Positions 13,400 to 27,279 are shown, numbered from the whole stretch's first letter. The stretch: DNA of 63,032 bases, filler included, from Rhabdomonas costata (GCA_019059605.1; 38 parts of 38 records of this genome joined end to end with filler, not necessarily neighbours in it); one strand, 5' to 3'. Notes: generated by a model not told the origin, from the letters alone. Program-made: numbers and translations.

Positions 13400-14560
13400 G
13401 TTCGTCAGGAAAGTTGAGAAGCTAGAGCGACGCATTGTTGTCTGCATTGTATGCGACATTTATGAAAAGATTGGTGAAGATAAACTGAGCCTCAGCATTA
13501 TGTAAGCAAGGTGTGATTTAAGTGTGAAGATTACAGTAGATCAAGCTGGTGCTGATAAAGACTCTGAGACTTTTTCTGCACTATGTATGTTAAATTCGGT
13601 TTGATTCCCTGGTTTTTCTTTATTTTCCAAAAACTTAGATATCATAGGAGGGGTTAATGTGAAAAGTTACAGACCTGCCACATACGCAACAGTTGCTGTT
13701 TAATGTTTTATGCCCTTGCTCATTAGTCTGACGTAAGTCATAGTGGATCACAACTTGACCAGATGGTACACAAAGTGCCAGTTTGCACTTTTGAGTCAAT
13801 CTCGATGGAGTTACGGAAGATTACGGAAGCCACTGGAATGTGGACATACTTGGAGAAGAAGCCTCACTGTATCATCGAGGTGACGAAGGTGTCGACAGAC
13901 TGCCACATTGCGTAGTACTTCTGGTTGGAGGTGTTACGTTACAACGTTTTCCATAGAAGTGAGTGACAGGACCCAATTTTCATGTAGTTGTTCTCGAACG
14001 ATTTTATGATTTTTTGGATATAAATCAGCGCAGGTCTTTGCATTACTATTTGAAAACAAACGGCCAGACGGAGCGTACCAACAAGACAATGAAGCAGGTG
14101 TTTCGCAACGTTGTGGCTTCACACCAGGTGTGTTTTGGGTAAAGTTGAAGTACTGGAAGAGATAGCTATAAATAATACACCCATTGCCATGGAGTACTAG
14201 CAGTTCTACATAAACTACGGTTCAATGCGGTGACTACATAGCCACTAATAGCTTTTTTTGACAAGAATGAAAGTGGAGTGTAAGATGGTAAATGTGGTAT
14301 TTGATAAATAAAGAAATAAGTAAATAAAGAGCAGCTGCATATTAGAAGCGTTTGCCTTGACTATTAAGTGCTAAAACAAGAAGAGGCATTACCAATGGAT
14401 GTTTGGAGACCAACCACTAATTATCACTGCAAATGAATTTGTTCAACTTTTAATAAAAAAAACTTGATACACCACTCTAGTAATCTCTTTCAACATTTGA
14501 GCATAGTGTTATACTACATGTGTATTCATGAAGCCTCAGCGAAATATACAGAACCAACCT
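13400..14560 (+). mobile_element. Degenerate Ty3/Gypsy LTR-retrotransposon integrase relic
   Basis: 14056-14115 encodes TNGQTERTNKTMKQVFRNVV (integrase catalytic-E motif). A frameshifted VSDRDPIF-like motif is at ~13959-13980 and EIAINNTP...FY.NYG lies downstream. Many stops and indels; AT-rich. Confidence 0.8.
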
Positions 14561-15099
14561 GTATGGAGACTAAATGTGGTTACTTACGTTTTGGAAAATG
14601 ATGTGACAATTACATGATATATTACGTGATCCAGGATCAAAAGAACATTGATTAGAGTAAGTAGAATGTGAATGTGTGTCAGTTGTATTGTATATAAGTA
14701 ATGTTTTTGGTGTATTTCCCATATCCAGATCGATAAAGGATATAGTTGGTCCAGTTATTGCACAAAATACATCCACAATTTATAAATGTCGAAGACTAGG
14801 ATTTTGCTGACTAAAAACTGCAAGAAACAAATATGAATTTGGAAAAACCATCACCACNNNNNNNNNNNNNNNNNNNNNNNNNNNNNNNNNNNNNNNNNNN
14901 NTTAATTAATTAANNNNNNNNNNNNNNNNNNNNNNNNNNNNNNNNNNNNNNNNNNNNGTGTGTGAAAATTGCTTCAAAGAAAAAACACTCAGGCTAGATT
15001 TCTTTCTTTGAAGCAATTTTCACACAGCCGGGCAAACAATGGGGGCCTGCGTTCTGGGTGCTTAGTTTCTCCTTCCCTTTGTAACCTTCCACCACACAG

Positions 15100-15282
15100 T
15101 GCCGACGTGGTCCCAAGGCGTGCTGTGCACGTTCAGCCGGCATGTCGACCTGTGGACGCCTGCGGAGGTGGAGGGGGTGCGCGCCGCTCTCACAGCGTTC
15201 TTCTCGCTGGCAGGCCACCAGAGCATCCTCCAGAACTACACCGCGGGTGAGCAGAACGTGGAGATCATCTCCGTCACCCCAG
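15100..15282 (+). CDS. Internal exon of an unknown protein (ends ...NVEIISVTPG)
   Basis: cag acceptor, GT donor, GC3-rich open frame. Confidence 0.55.
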
Positions 15283-16653
15283 GTGCACTCTCCTGAACCC
15301 TGGCTACGAGTCATCCTCCTCATTATCATCTGGTGTTTTGATTCGATCAGAGTCAGTGCCAGACTGGATGGGGGTTCTGCTCATGGATTGCAACAAAACT
15401 CACTGAGCAGGGCAAGGGTAGACCTCGTCCCGCTTCGCCTAGAACCGATTTTCACCTAAAAGAATTTTTTGGAAACAAAACTCAAGCAGCACGGCATGCC
15501 CGCACAAACGGGGTGCCAGTTGTTCACGCGAAAACCAAAACAATACCGTACATGTGGGTGCAGAGGCTGCGAGATGAAGATGCAAATCAGAAGAGGGTGT
15601 GGGGCTCATCGGGAGAGGTGGGGAGGATGGACGCAAAGTGGCAGAGAGATACCACATTGGATATGGGCGAAGCTGTCAAAGCGGTCGCTGACTGTTCACA
15701 GGGAGGATGGAACGAAAAAGTCGCTTCGCGTGCGCGCTTGCACGAGTGAGACGAAGAGCAACCACAACAGAAAAAAGCAAGCCCTCACGTAAGTTTCCCC
15801 GGTCCGCACACAATAACAGTACATCGCGGAGTTCACCCCATTTCGCATCCCTCACCGCCTCAAGGCGGAAAGCGGGAGCGTCCCCGCGTTCCGTCGTAAA
15901 TCAGGAAAGCAGCAACAGCAACACCAAGAACATGGCAGAAAAAAGCGTTCGTGCAGGTTTGTTGGTTGCACCCCTCTCTTCTCCTCCTCCCTTCCCCCGA
16001 GTTTCCTTTTCTGTTTTGCTTTGTCCTTTCCTCAGTGCTGGATGAGTTCGATCACCGAGTCATGAGTATGTCCCTCTCTCCCTCCGTGCCCTCTTGCGTC
16101 CCTGCGTTCCACCCTGAGCTCCACGTTACGTCACGTCACGCCACGTTATAAGCACCTGTAACTTGTTCCTGTGACTTGCATTGAACTCTGAATTGCATTG
16201 TATTGAACGTTCAATTGTAATTGACTGAAACGAGACAAAACGAGACAAGGCATGCCTGCACAAAGAGGGGTGTCAGTAGTCGCACCAGGACGGCGTACCC
16301 CGCCAGCCTTCGTTACGAAAAAAAATATCTACATATACAGCAGACTGCATAAGCAAAGACGGGGACAGCATGGTGTCCGGAGATCAAGCACGACCACGAG
16401 CAAAACCAACGACGCGCTTGGAAAGGGGGAGCCGAGGCGCGGTCCCTGTACAACGGGATTAGCTCGAACGAAGCCGCCGAGCAATTTCAGTTGTAATACA
16501 ATGTGTTTTTGAACCACAANNNNNNNNNNNNNNNNNNNNNNNNNNNNNNNNNNNNNNNNNNNNTTAATTAATTAANNNNNNNNNNNNNNNNNNNNNNNNN
16601 NNNNNNNNNNNNNNNNNNNGTTTTGGGGGATTGGACCGTGGAGGTGTCTGCGT

Positions 16654-18165
16654 AGGCCCAGCCATCGTTGTCGGTCGACGCAGACACCTCCACGGTCCAA
16701 TCCCCGAAGAACCGATACCCTGCGGCCCATACAGTGCCCGTTCCACACAAACATATGCGTATGCGTGCGTATGCGTGTGTGTGTGCGCGTGTGCGCGTGT
16801 CCATACCGCACTGGCTGCTGGTGTTCGCTGTCGACTGACGGGCGCACGCGTTGTTGGTCACGAGTGCTCGCGAGAGGTTTTGGGGCATACGGTGCCGTGG
16901 GATGCGTGGGAGAACGGGTTTATTGCCGTGTTGTGTTTGTGTGAGAGAAGAAAAATAGAGACCACCGAGCATTATAGAAATAACCGGAGTGAGTGCAACG
17001 GATTGGAGGTTGAGAGGGTTGGGAGTGAAGAAATCAATTAGAAAGCACACACAGCGTCAACGTCTGGCATCTCCACATCGGTGTTCCGGAAATCGAGAAG
17101 GGAAAGGGGAAAGGGAAGGGGAAAGGGGAACACCCTCGGGAGGTCTGAGGTTCTCCGGAGGCCTGGAGTGGCGCCCGCTGATGTCGCTCCACCGTGGACC
17201 ATCCGTGGAGAGCAGGTGTCCTCCCCACCCACTGCCGACCAGATAGCGCTCCCTCTCATACGTTGTGATCCTAAACGCATACATACATCACTCAATTCGA
17301 CAAAGCCCCTCCGACGCTCCAGGGTGCAGAGTGACCCCGCAGCGCTGCAAACAATTCAGGGGCATGCCTGCGCAAGCGGGGTGCCTAGGGGGCGGCAACA
17401 CCAACAACCGTTCATCCAACACGCACGCGAAAGTATCCCACGATCCATTGCAGGGATTAAATCCAATCGGAGAGCAACCCACCCTCGGGGGAGAGGGGAG
17501 TGACGGACAGGGGTTCCCAACAACGTCGGTCCAGCCCCTTGACTGAGCAACTTGTCCCCATATATCGAGCAAAGACGGTCGGACACAAAGCCGACCAATG
17601 GCTGGATGGGAGTTGCTTATTTTAGGTTATTTTCTCTGTCTGCTTTTGTGAGGATGTCTCTTGCAGGTATGGGAAGGACAAGCCCATTAAGAATAATGCA
17701 GAAAGGAGTTCCATGCCTGTTGCTCAAAATGTGCACTAAAAAACTCTCCACAATCTGAGAGAATCTGAGATGCAATATATGAACACACCAACGGAAACAA
17801 GGGAGGGACTGCAAAGGTTGGAGACGGGGGGGCCCAGATTGGTAACCATAACCACACCACAGCCCAGCGGTCAGTGTAGTTGGGTTGGTGCACCGCGCAG
17901 TTCCGGAGCGAAGCCGTCATTGGTCCCGCGGTCCCGCGGAACAAGCGGAAAAACTGAAAAGGACACCAGCCCGCCCCCACAGACACCTGAGCACGCTGAA
18001 GTAGGGCGTGATCCATGGCCCCAGAAAGAGCCTCCGAGGCCGAAGCCGGAGCACACTGCCACGGTCCCCCGCAATCTCCGCGATTTCTGCCGTGGCGTTA
18101 GAGACCGTGTCGAAGATTCCTGCCACAGGTTTGCTCAGCAGCCCCACCACACCTGCCACCACCCC
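16654..18165 (-). CDS. VPS13: VPS13-family protein C-terminus followed by a DysF (peroxin/ferlin) domain; exons ~17987-18165, 17134-17270 and ~16654-16719, possibly others between
   Basis: GVVGLLSKPVAGIFDTVSNAT...RLRPRR is typical of the VPS13 C-terminal helical region. YERERYLVGSGWGGHLLSTDGPRWSDISG...PPEGYRFFGDWTVEVSASTDNDGWAYA is typical DysF. Confidence 0.72.
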
Positions 18166-18846
18166 CCAAACACACCAACANNNNNNNNNNNNNNNNNNNN
18201 NNNNNNNNNNNNNNNNNNNNNNNNTTAATTAATTAANNNNNNNNNNNNNNNNNNNNNNNNNNNNNNNNNNNNNNNNNNNNGTTGTGAGGGGGAAAATATT
18301 TTTACCGAAATCAATAGAGATGTACATGGCATACCTTCGGAATCCCGGCCCAAGGGAGTTCGATGAGAAACCGGAAGGAATCACTGACAGCAACCACTTC
18401 ATGCACAGGAGTGAAAAATGGATCAGCGTCTCTAGGGAGTTTCTACGCCATTGGTACTCCCTAAGTCTCCCTGATCTTCTAGATCAAATATAACAAGATT
18501 CACTGGAAATGTCCATCGCGAATGTGCTCCATCAACGAAAGACAAGGGTCCTTGCCATCCAAGTTTGCTCTCCACTGAAACTTCTTTTTATAAATAAGGT
18601 TCACTGCTGAACGTGTGCGATATACATAAATGCTTTTGCACAGAGAAAAATCGCTGGAAAGGCAGTACAAAAACGGTGAACGGGTGAACTTCAATTCCAA
18701 AGTACATCGTTGAACAAAATAAAACCACGTACTGATCCAATGACATGGGCGAGTGACATTTAATGGCTTCGAAGGGCACCTAAACGCACCGAAAGATGCG
18801 GTGGTAACAGCAACTGAACCGGATATAAAAACGGTGGAGGAGCGAC

Positions 18847-19717
18847 CTGGGGTTTCGGTGGTCCCGGCCAGAAGGGAGCCCATCATCACGCAGTCTGCCC
18901 CAAAGGCGACGGCCTGCCGCATGCCCCCCCACAACCCACCATCAGTGTGCCGAAAAACCTCTAATATCCATAAGCTTCACACCGGCCCACTGCCGAACGT
19001 TCCACAAGTCCGAAGAAGCAGAAGCCCAGCAACAACAAGAAGGGCAAGGGCCAGAGCCCAGCCGCGGGAAAGGGTGTGTGTATGTGTGTGCGTGTGCGTG
19101 TGCGTGTCCGGATGGCAGCAGGGACAGAGTACGGTAACCATGCCCCTCCACCAGGAAATCGGGTCTAAGCCCCGAGTGGAATGGAGGACCCAAACCCACC
19201 AGGGCAATAGGGCCCAAAGGGAAGTGTACGAGCGCGGAAGGTTGGGTACCACATAAGCGATCTCTAAACGCGCCAATCGGGTTCCCAAGGCCCGGCGTAC
19301 ACTGGAGTGGGACTCACATGGGATAAGTCAACCCTACGTGACAAGACAGAGGGACAAGGGCTGACAAGGGTGTGAGGCCCGATGGGCCCATTCCCCATCG
19401 AAAGGTGGGAGCTCAGGGGGGAAGTGGACCTCGAGTCCTCCCCAGAAAAAATTCATCCTTGCCAAGTTTAAGTGTGTGTGTGTGTGTATGTTTGTTTGTG
19501 TGTAAGCATAAATAACAATCACAAGCGCACACATCTGAATGAAGAAAAAACCGGTGCATGGGAAAAAATCCCACCTATGACACACACATTTTTTGACCAC
19601 ACAAGCCGCCCTCACAACAAACCTTCATGATGTGCCCCACGTTAGAGATTCCGCCGTCCGCAATGACAGGCACCCCGCACTGCCGTGCAAAGGAGGCCAC
19701 CCGGAAAACCGCCGTGC
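18847..19717 (-). CDS. IMPDH: Inosine-5'-monophosphate dehydrogenase fragment; exons 19623-19717 and 18847-18913
   Basis: [59 protein letters not shown] intron in phase. The related GMP reductase is not fully excluded. Confidence 0.88.
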
Positions 19718-20216
19718 CTGAAGGGTGTGAAAAAGCAACGGTCAGCGCCCAATGCGCCCAACCAAACCACTCGCAGCGAGACCACACAGAGTCATACGCC
19801 CGCGGCAACAGCCACGGCAGTGGCAGCATGACCAACCCCAACNNNNNNNNNNNNNNNNNNNNNNNNNNNNNNNNNNNNNNNNNNNNTTAATTAATTAANN
19901 NNNNNNNNNNNNNNNNNNNNNNNNNNNNNNNNNNNNNNNNNNGGGTTTGTGGAGTACTCTTCACGGGCGCCCAACCCTCCGCGCTCGTACACCCGGTTGG
20001 CCTGCAGGTCCCCCTTACGCCTTTGCGTAAGCCTGGGTCCTGCCTCAGTGTGCGGCACTCACGGATGCTATTGCCCACACTCCTGTCTGTGTGCTTCCCT
20101 TCCCTTCCCCACGCTTCTTCCCACCTGCTTGGTCTGGTCGCCGTGGTCGCTCCCCTCCCTGGTCTCCACTGTCCATTCCGGGTTGTCGCTTCCCATCCAT
20201 CCACACACACACACAC

Positions 20217-20320
20217 CGAGTGATCTCCCCTTCGTGGCTGCCATGGATGCTGGCGAAGATCTCCAGGAGCTCCTCGCGGTCCTCCTCCGAAAGAGTCTCC
20301 ATGATGGGCAGCCCCTTCTT
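20217..20320 (-). CDS. Exon with an EF-hand-like helix-loop
   Basis: LSEEDREELLEIFASIHGSHEGEITR resembles a degenerate EF-hand; flanked by AG and GT. Confidence 0.45.
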
Positions 20321-23300
20321 CTGTGAAACCACCCACAGCCCTCATTGGGCACATCCACGCGCACAAGGCACTGCTGTGGTGAAGGTCTTTTCTGCCATCA
20401 AGTGGGGCTGTTGAGTCTTCTTCCGCTGCGTGGCCGCTTCTCGGGGTGGGGGGTGGGGTGCGACCCCATCCAGTTGTGCGCACCCCCTACCCCTGGGTTG
20501 TTGTGGATCGAGTCAGCTTTGGGTAGTGGGTTAGGGTTACCGTGATAAGCGGTTTCCACCGATTTCCAGTAAAACGACACCTAGAGACTACGACATCGAG
20601 AGTTGACATAACCTTGAGGAAGAACAATGAGAGGGATGAAAAGTCAGAAGGAAACCCATTTTCCGACTCAATTCGATGTGGAATACACCCCCAGTTTCAG
20701 GAAGTTCAGCAAAACGGAAATTCACTATCAAAAGAAAATCGCATTGAACTACTTGACAATTCGAAAAAATATTTCAGGGAGAATCGGTGCAACTCAAATG
20801 TAGTTTCCGGTTTCCATGCGCAAAGATGCCACGGCAGTGAGGAACAGGGAGGGAGGAGGGCAGGCGGGGAGAAATCCGGCACCCGAGGGGTATGCCGACT
20901 GGGCCCCTTGGTAGACCAGTGGGTCACCGCGAACTCAATGTCGCGCTTTGAGGCCCGCGGAAACACCACCCTCATCAGCTCGGGAAGGTCTGGGTGGCAC
21001 CCCACGCACAGACAAGCACATTTTTATTCACGATATAATTATATTTGCGTTCTTTATCTTTAACATTTTCCCGGACCCCAGAATTTTATGTTTTCTTTCA
21101 GCAGAGAGGTTTAGGACAACATGCTACAGAGATTTCAGGTCTTCAGCGGCAGAGAGCAAAAAAACGCTTAGCACAGAAGCATGGCGCGCATCCGAGAACG
21201 CGATATACTCCTATACCTATGACCTCCTCGATAATCCTTTTAAACAAAAAAAATTGTCTGACCCTACACATAATTTGTGCACTTGGCAATGGTCATTTTT
21301 TTCTGCTGGAGAGGGCTCGAGATTCATTTCACCCCTGGGTTCCCGACACTCAATGGGGGCGTGGCCACATCAAGCCTAACCCCTTTGACGGTTCACGATG
21401 TCTTGTCCCTCTCTTTTGTCAGACAAATTGACTTACCCCATATGACCCGATGCATCCACAGCCTACGCGGCCTTGGGAACCCCAACACCCAAACACACCA
21501 ACACNNNNNNNNNNNNNNNNNNNNNNNNNNNNNNNNNNNNNNNNNNNNTTAATTAATTAANNNNNNNNNNNNNNNNNNNNNNNNNNNNNNNNNNNNNNNN
21601 NNNNTGTTGGGTGTGGGATTTTATCTTACGGTTACAGCTTTGGAAATTCTTGTGGCTTTTTTCATCTGGCCCACTCTCAGCGGGAGATCCGCGTGGGTGC
21701 GGTGGACGGCTCGCAGCCTCACGGCACAGACTTTGTCGTCAGTGTGTTGAGCCCGATCCTAGCGAACTCCCGCTCCCCGGAGCAGGCGCCAACCTCATTC
21801 GTGGATATTCCCCCGGAGGTGCACCCTCTGCCTCGGCCTGCCGCTGGGAGGCCTGTACACGCCCCCACATCGTACAGCAGAACAGCTGCTGCGCAGCCTC
21901 GGCGCTGACCCCCCTCCCCTCTTAGACTTCCTGCCCGCTTGTAACGCTGTAAATCAGAGCGGCCTGCGACTGTGTTTGTCTACCACACATATGGCCCCCG
22001 TTACATGGAACCAAGCCGTGAATATCCTTCCCATGGGGACGCTGGATAGCGATTCTGTAAGGAATTTGGTATTTGGTTGTTTTGCTGTAAAGTTTGTAGC
22101 GAATGGCTTGGATGAAGTGAAAGTGATCATCGTCTAGGTTCTGGTTGCCGAGACGTCTGCAACGTTGCCTCGTACGATAGTCCACTTTGTCTTTCTGAAG
22201 GATTCTTCTGGATTTTACGTTCCCTGTTGGAATTTCCTTTCTTGACCCTCCCCTCGGGTTGATGTGTGGGTGTACGTGCGCGTGGTTGGGTGGTGTGTCT
22301 GCAACGTGCAGGATTATGCACAGTTTGTTGCTACGTATTCTTCAATCTTCTGCAGAACAAGAAGGCTTTTTTCGCGGGAGTATATCACTGGCATTGTTTT
22401 TTTGTTCATAACTGATACAAGCAGTCCAGTCCTACCACTGGCAACTAAAATGTCACGCCCTCGACTTTCGGGGCGTGGTGCTGAGTGTGGGTCTTCCTCC
22501 TGTGTGACGACCTTCAGTCATTCCGACAACAACCACTTGGCCGTTCTTGAGGTGTGGTGGACGTGCAGGTTGGGACATAGCTTTCATACCACAGCAGCGG
22601 CTTCTAGATGCAAGTAAGGTTCCGCTGCGTTGACCCCCTTCCCATCTTGGGCACCTATAATGCCTTGCGCTGGGTTTCCGCTACTTCATTCCTACTTCGG
22701 TATAGCACACCCAAATTGATCCCGATAAAACACACGCGATAGATGCGTCGCATACGCGCACTGTCTTGGTGTGTAGGAGAAGAAATGGGATCAGGAATCA
22801 AATCTCCGTGGTTGGTCGCACACTACTTCTTCCTTCAGAAGAGGAAGGATGCAGCTGAACTTCATAGAAACCCAATGCTGACAAAAACAGCTGGAGGGCA
22901 TGGGCGGGTAGTAAATCACAACACTGTAACTTGTCGGCCAGCGCCCAAGAAAACGATTCCTTGAGTTGTTTTCGATCGCCATTTACCCATGCCATGTGCG
23001 AGCTGTGGCAAAATGCCGGGTATTCCACTTAATTGGAGGGAAATAGAAATGAGAAGAGAACCAGGGTACCAAGAGTACCAGTCCTCTGGATTATGCATGA
23101 GCCCGTGTACCCTCGGTACTCTGGGGTTCCCTCGTTCACCTCAATCGCACCTCCCCCCCACACCCCNNNNNNNNNNNNNNNNNNNNNNNNNNNNNNNNNN
23201 NNNNNNNNNNTTAATTAATTAANNNNNNNNNNNNNNNNNNNNNNNNNNNNNNNNNNNNNNNNNNNNGGTGGTGGGTGGGCAGCCTGGAATGGCTCAGCGC

Positions 23301-26300
23301 AGCGAGCTGAGAGTAGCGCTGGAACTCGTCCCTACACGACAAGAGCACGGGCTTACAATTTACATGGACAAGACCACTTCCAAAAGAACGTCAGCCCTCG
23401 TACCTATCCTCACACTTCTGGTGGATAGGTACGTCGGAGGCACGTTCACTTCGGAGTTTAAGTTGACCTTCTTGAAAACTAAAAAGAGGAAAGGGAGCCA
23501 ATGAACCACTGAACGTGTAGCAGCTGGGGGAAACGGGGCGTTCCCGATAATGCGGTTTCGCTAGCTAAACATAAATCAGAGCACAAAGAACGGAGTCAAC
23601 AGGGATGCATGCGGAACAAAACACGCAAACAGATGGGCATACTTCCCCTAGCATTCGGCAAAATACAGTTACAGTGACCACACATGTTGAGGGGAAACCA
23701 TCAGAAACCTACTTGTAAGTCACACTCTTTTGCTTGCAGATAGGTTCAGTTGTTATCGATGGCGCAAGCCCTCGTGGAAGCTGGACAGCATCCACCAGCT
23801 TTGCATTGAAGGTGTCGCTCTTTGAAAGGAGTACACGGACACAACACTACCTTCACATAACCACGTGTCTTCCTCTCCAATACCGACTCTCATCGCCTCC
23901 ACGCTTCCGACACATCCCGATTTCATCACGACAGCGCCACAAAGGGGACTTCTGGCAACCTGGTCAGCGTGCGGGCCAGCGCGGCCTTCAGGGGGGCGTC
24001 CTGGAAAACCTTGCGGAGGTACCAGCCCTGCGAGGAGGGGTTCGCCGCTGCAATGGCGAGCAGGTCCCGAAGCATTCGGCTGTCGCCCTGCCCGAGAAAG
24101 GGCTGATCTTCGGACGCCGCTGACGCTGGACCAGCCCGCTCCCTGTGGGGAGCTACAAGGCTGCGGTGGCGCATCGGTGCTGAAACTCTCACGGTGCGGA
24201 AGCACAAACCAGACAAGGAAAGAACATAGTCATGGCAAACACACAGCACATACAAGTAAGGCAAATTTACTAGAGCACTGCGCGAGGAAAGGGTCGGATG
24301 ACCACACAGGGAGCGAGAGCTCTCATTTTTTGGGGGGACAAACTGAATAGGTGTGACCTCACCTGTACATTGTCGAATTAACACAAAACAGAACACATTA
24401 ATAGCAAAAATAGATGTCAAAAATGAAAACTAAACCCAAATGGATTTCTAACTAACATTGAATGTCACAAATACTTGCTGGCGACGCGGCAAAGGTTGCA
24501 CAAGCGGGCGAAACATCTCGGCAGCCTTCCGCGCTAAATGGTGCCAGCTTCAACAAAGCTTCAACCAGCTTCAAGAAAGAAATTACGAAAAGCAGGGTTC
24601 CCGTAAAACAAAAAATTATGTATAGTAGGCTCCACCGTAAACTGAGACTTTCGTCGGAGCAGTTCAAGCACTGTGTTTAGGGCTGAGCGGCACTAAATCT
24701 GGGCACTCAGTGTGTCGGCTGATGTTTGGCGTTGAAGGTGCACGCCGTCCACCCGAAACACGTCTATTTCATCTTCAAAACGACTGATCCTGAGGCCGAA
24801 ACTTCGCCTTTGCACTGTGTACCTAAAANNNNNNNNNNNNNNNNNNNNNNNNNNNNNNNNNNNNNNNNNNNNTTAATTAATTAANNNNNNNNNNNNNNNN
24901 NNNNNNNNNNNNNNNNNNNNNNNNNNNNAGAGGAGGAGGAAAAGGAGAAGGATGAGCGGGGGTGTGCAAAAAAAGGAACAACCAATCAGAGAGGTTAAGA
25001 CAGGTTTTCCGCGTAAAGACTCGTTGAGAAGGGAAGGAGAGGTGAGAGGAGGAAGTTGGGGAGGGAGTTCATCGCTCAGTACATGTGCGGAGCGTCAAAA
25101 AAAATACATGGCTCTTCTGGGCATTCAAGGCACCCCGGAAGCGCCAAAAACCTCCACCACTACAACCACAGTCCACTTCCGTGGCGGTCAGGTTCGGCGG
25201 CCTCGACGTCTGTGCAAGGAGAGGGTGCAGCTTGCGCTTCCTCTGACAGAGGTGAAGCAAGGTGATGTGGAAAAGAACTCGCAAATCATTCCTGGTGCGT
25301 GCAAAAGTCAGGGCAAATGGACAATGTCTGGACAAATGACTGGGGCGAAATCCGCAGCACGCATGCCGCAGACCGACACCACCAGCGCAGGACCCTCGCG
25401 AATAGGATGTTCACAGCATTCCTTTTCGCGGCAAGAAAATGGGCGTCCATTGAAGGGTGGAAACGAATACGCAACTTCCAATAGACCCAAGGCCTCCCCT
25501 TGTACTCAGAACATTTGAGTCGATGGATGGACGGGGGCAAGGGAGGGAGGGAAAGCTCGCCTGCGCGGACCTGGGCGTAGTCAACGTTACACATAACCCA
25601 GTGTTGTCCATTGTGCAGGCTCTCCTGTCGGAGCCCAGCTCCTGGCACCGCCCAGCGCTCCCACGGCAGGGTCCGAGCACAGCGACGCCAAAGCTTTCCA
25701 GTACGGAGCCGCGCGGTGGCAGAAACCTTAAGGAAATATTCACATCTGCCATAATCACAAGTTAGGGCTAATGCTGTGTCCCAACTGGCTCGCGCCGGGT
25801 TAACGCCGATCAAAAGAGCGCTTCATAAAAAACACAAAACAAGTGCAGACAGCGAACAAACGGCACAAAAACCATCTGAGCGTCAGGTCGCAAATGGCAA
25901 TAGTAGCAAGAACATTACTGAGTCTCATCTCAGCACCTGCCGTCAGCAGGATCAGGATGCTGATGACCATCGGAATAAAGTTCCGGATTTCCACGTCCTG
26001 GGCGCAACCCGAAAAAGGCGGCGATGGTGCAGCAAGCGTGGGCGCAGGTAAAATATCAGCACAATGGCAAGACAAGCAGGCGCAACCGTTTGCATAATCA
26101 AAACTAGGGAAGAGAGATTATTCAGCGCAGATTGGGGACCGTTCATAACACAGAAACCCACGCTGGAGAAAGGTAAGCAAAATACGCTTAGATCAAACTA
26201 ATCCACTGGACTAGCATCTACAGGATGCAGGATCGCAGGACCCAACGCAGCGTGTGCACGGTATCAGGATGGTATTCAAGCCAGAATGAGCACCTCATCT

Positions 26301-27135
26301 CACCAGCATTTCCCGCTGGGCGTCCTCCCAGAGCAGCAGGATTCAGTCGGCCTGACTACGCAACAAGCGACTTTGGCTTGGAGAGTTCAGATGGGTTCAG
26401 AAATGGCATCGATTTAGTTATTTTTCGTGTGTATGGCAGGGCAATTGCGCGCGTAACTACCCCTCAGGTGGTTCAGGTGGTGGTATGGNNNNNNNNNNNN
26501 NNNNNNNNNNNNNNNNNNNNNNNNNNNNNNNNTTAATTAATTAANNNNNNNNNNNNNNNNNNNNNNNNNNNNNNNNNNNNNNNNNNNNAACACAAACGCA
26601 CGTGCACACACGCAGCCTTCCCTATCCAACCTGCTTTGACAGACAGACCAGAGCAAGCCAGAAACCGGAAGGAAGGGGGGAGGTGCAACAAAGAAGCGGG
26701 GGAGGGGTTTGTGGTGAGAAAAAAACCTAGTCCGAAACCATGGTCGCATTCCCGCACTTCTTCCAAAAATATTTAGCAGTGCAGACAGCGTTAGGGAATG
26801 GTACAGGAATTTACGGCAACTTGCAACTCCGCGGATCCCATAGACACATGGAATCCTCCACTGAAAAAGACCCCAACAGTATTCCATACTGGCGCACGAA
26901 GAAAAACTTAGCGGCCATCAGGCGCGTGCCCACGCCTTCACCCCAATCCCAAAAAACTCGATCCAAGGAAGAAGCCTTGCCCTCCAGCATGGCACTCCGC
27001 TCCCCAAGCACTTCGGATTTTTCCCACCGTGTCTCCCGAAGGGATCCGACTGCTTCTCCTCTGATTGTGCTTGAGGGAATGGGAACGCTTTTGGTGGGGT
27101 AGGGTGGGCGAGGGTGAGTGTTGCTTGCCACACAC

Positions 27136-27279
27136 CCACAGCAGCACCACGGTGTCCGCGAGCCGCCCCGAGGCCTGGACCTGGGCGAGCAGGCGGCGCA
27201 AGTCCTTGTCCATGTGGTGCGTGTTCTCCATGGCTTCGGTGTGACTGGTCTCCGCACCCCCGAATGCAGCGAAGGGCCG
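27136..27279 (-). CDS. Exon of a DUF229 / alkaline phosphatase-sulfatase superfamily protein
   Basis: RPFAAFGGAETSHTEAMENTHHMDKDLRRLLAQVQASGRLADTVVLLW is the segment that precedes the conserved SDHG motif in this family. Confidence 0.6.
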
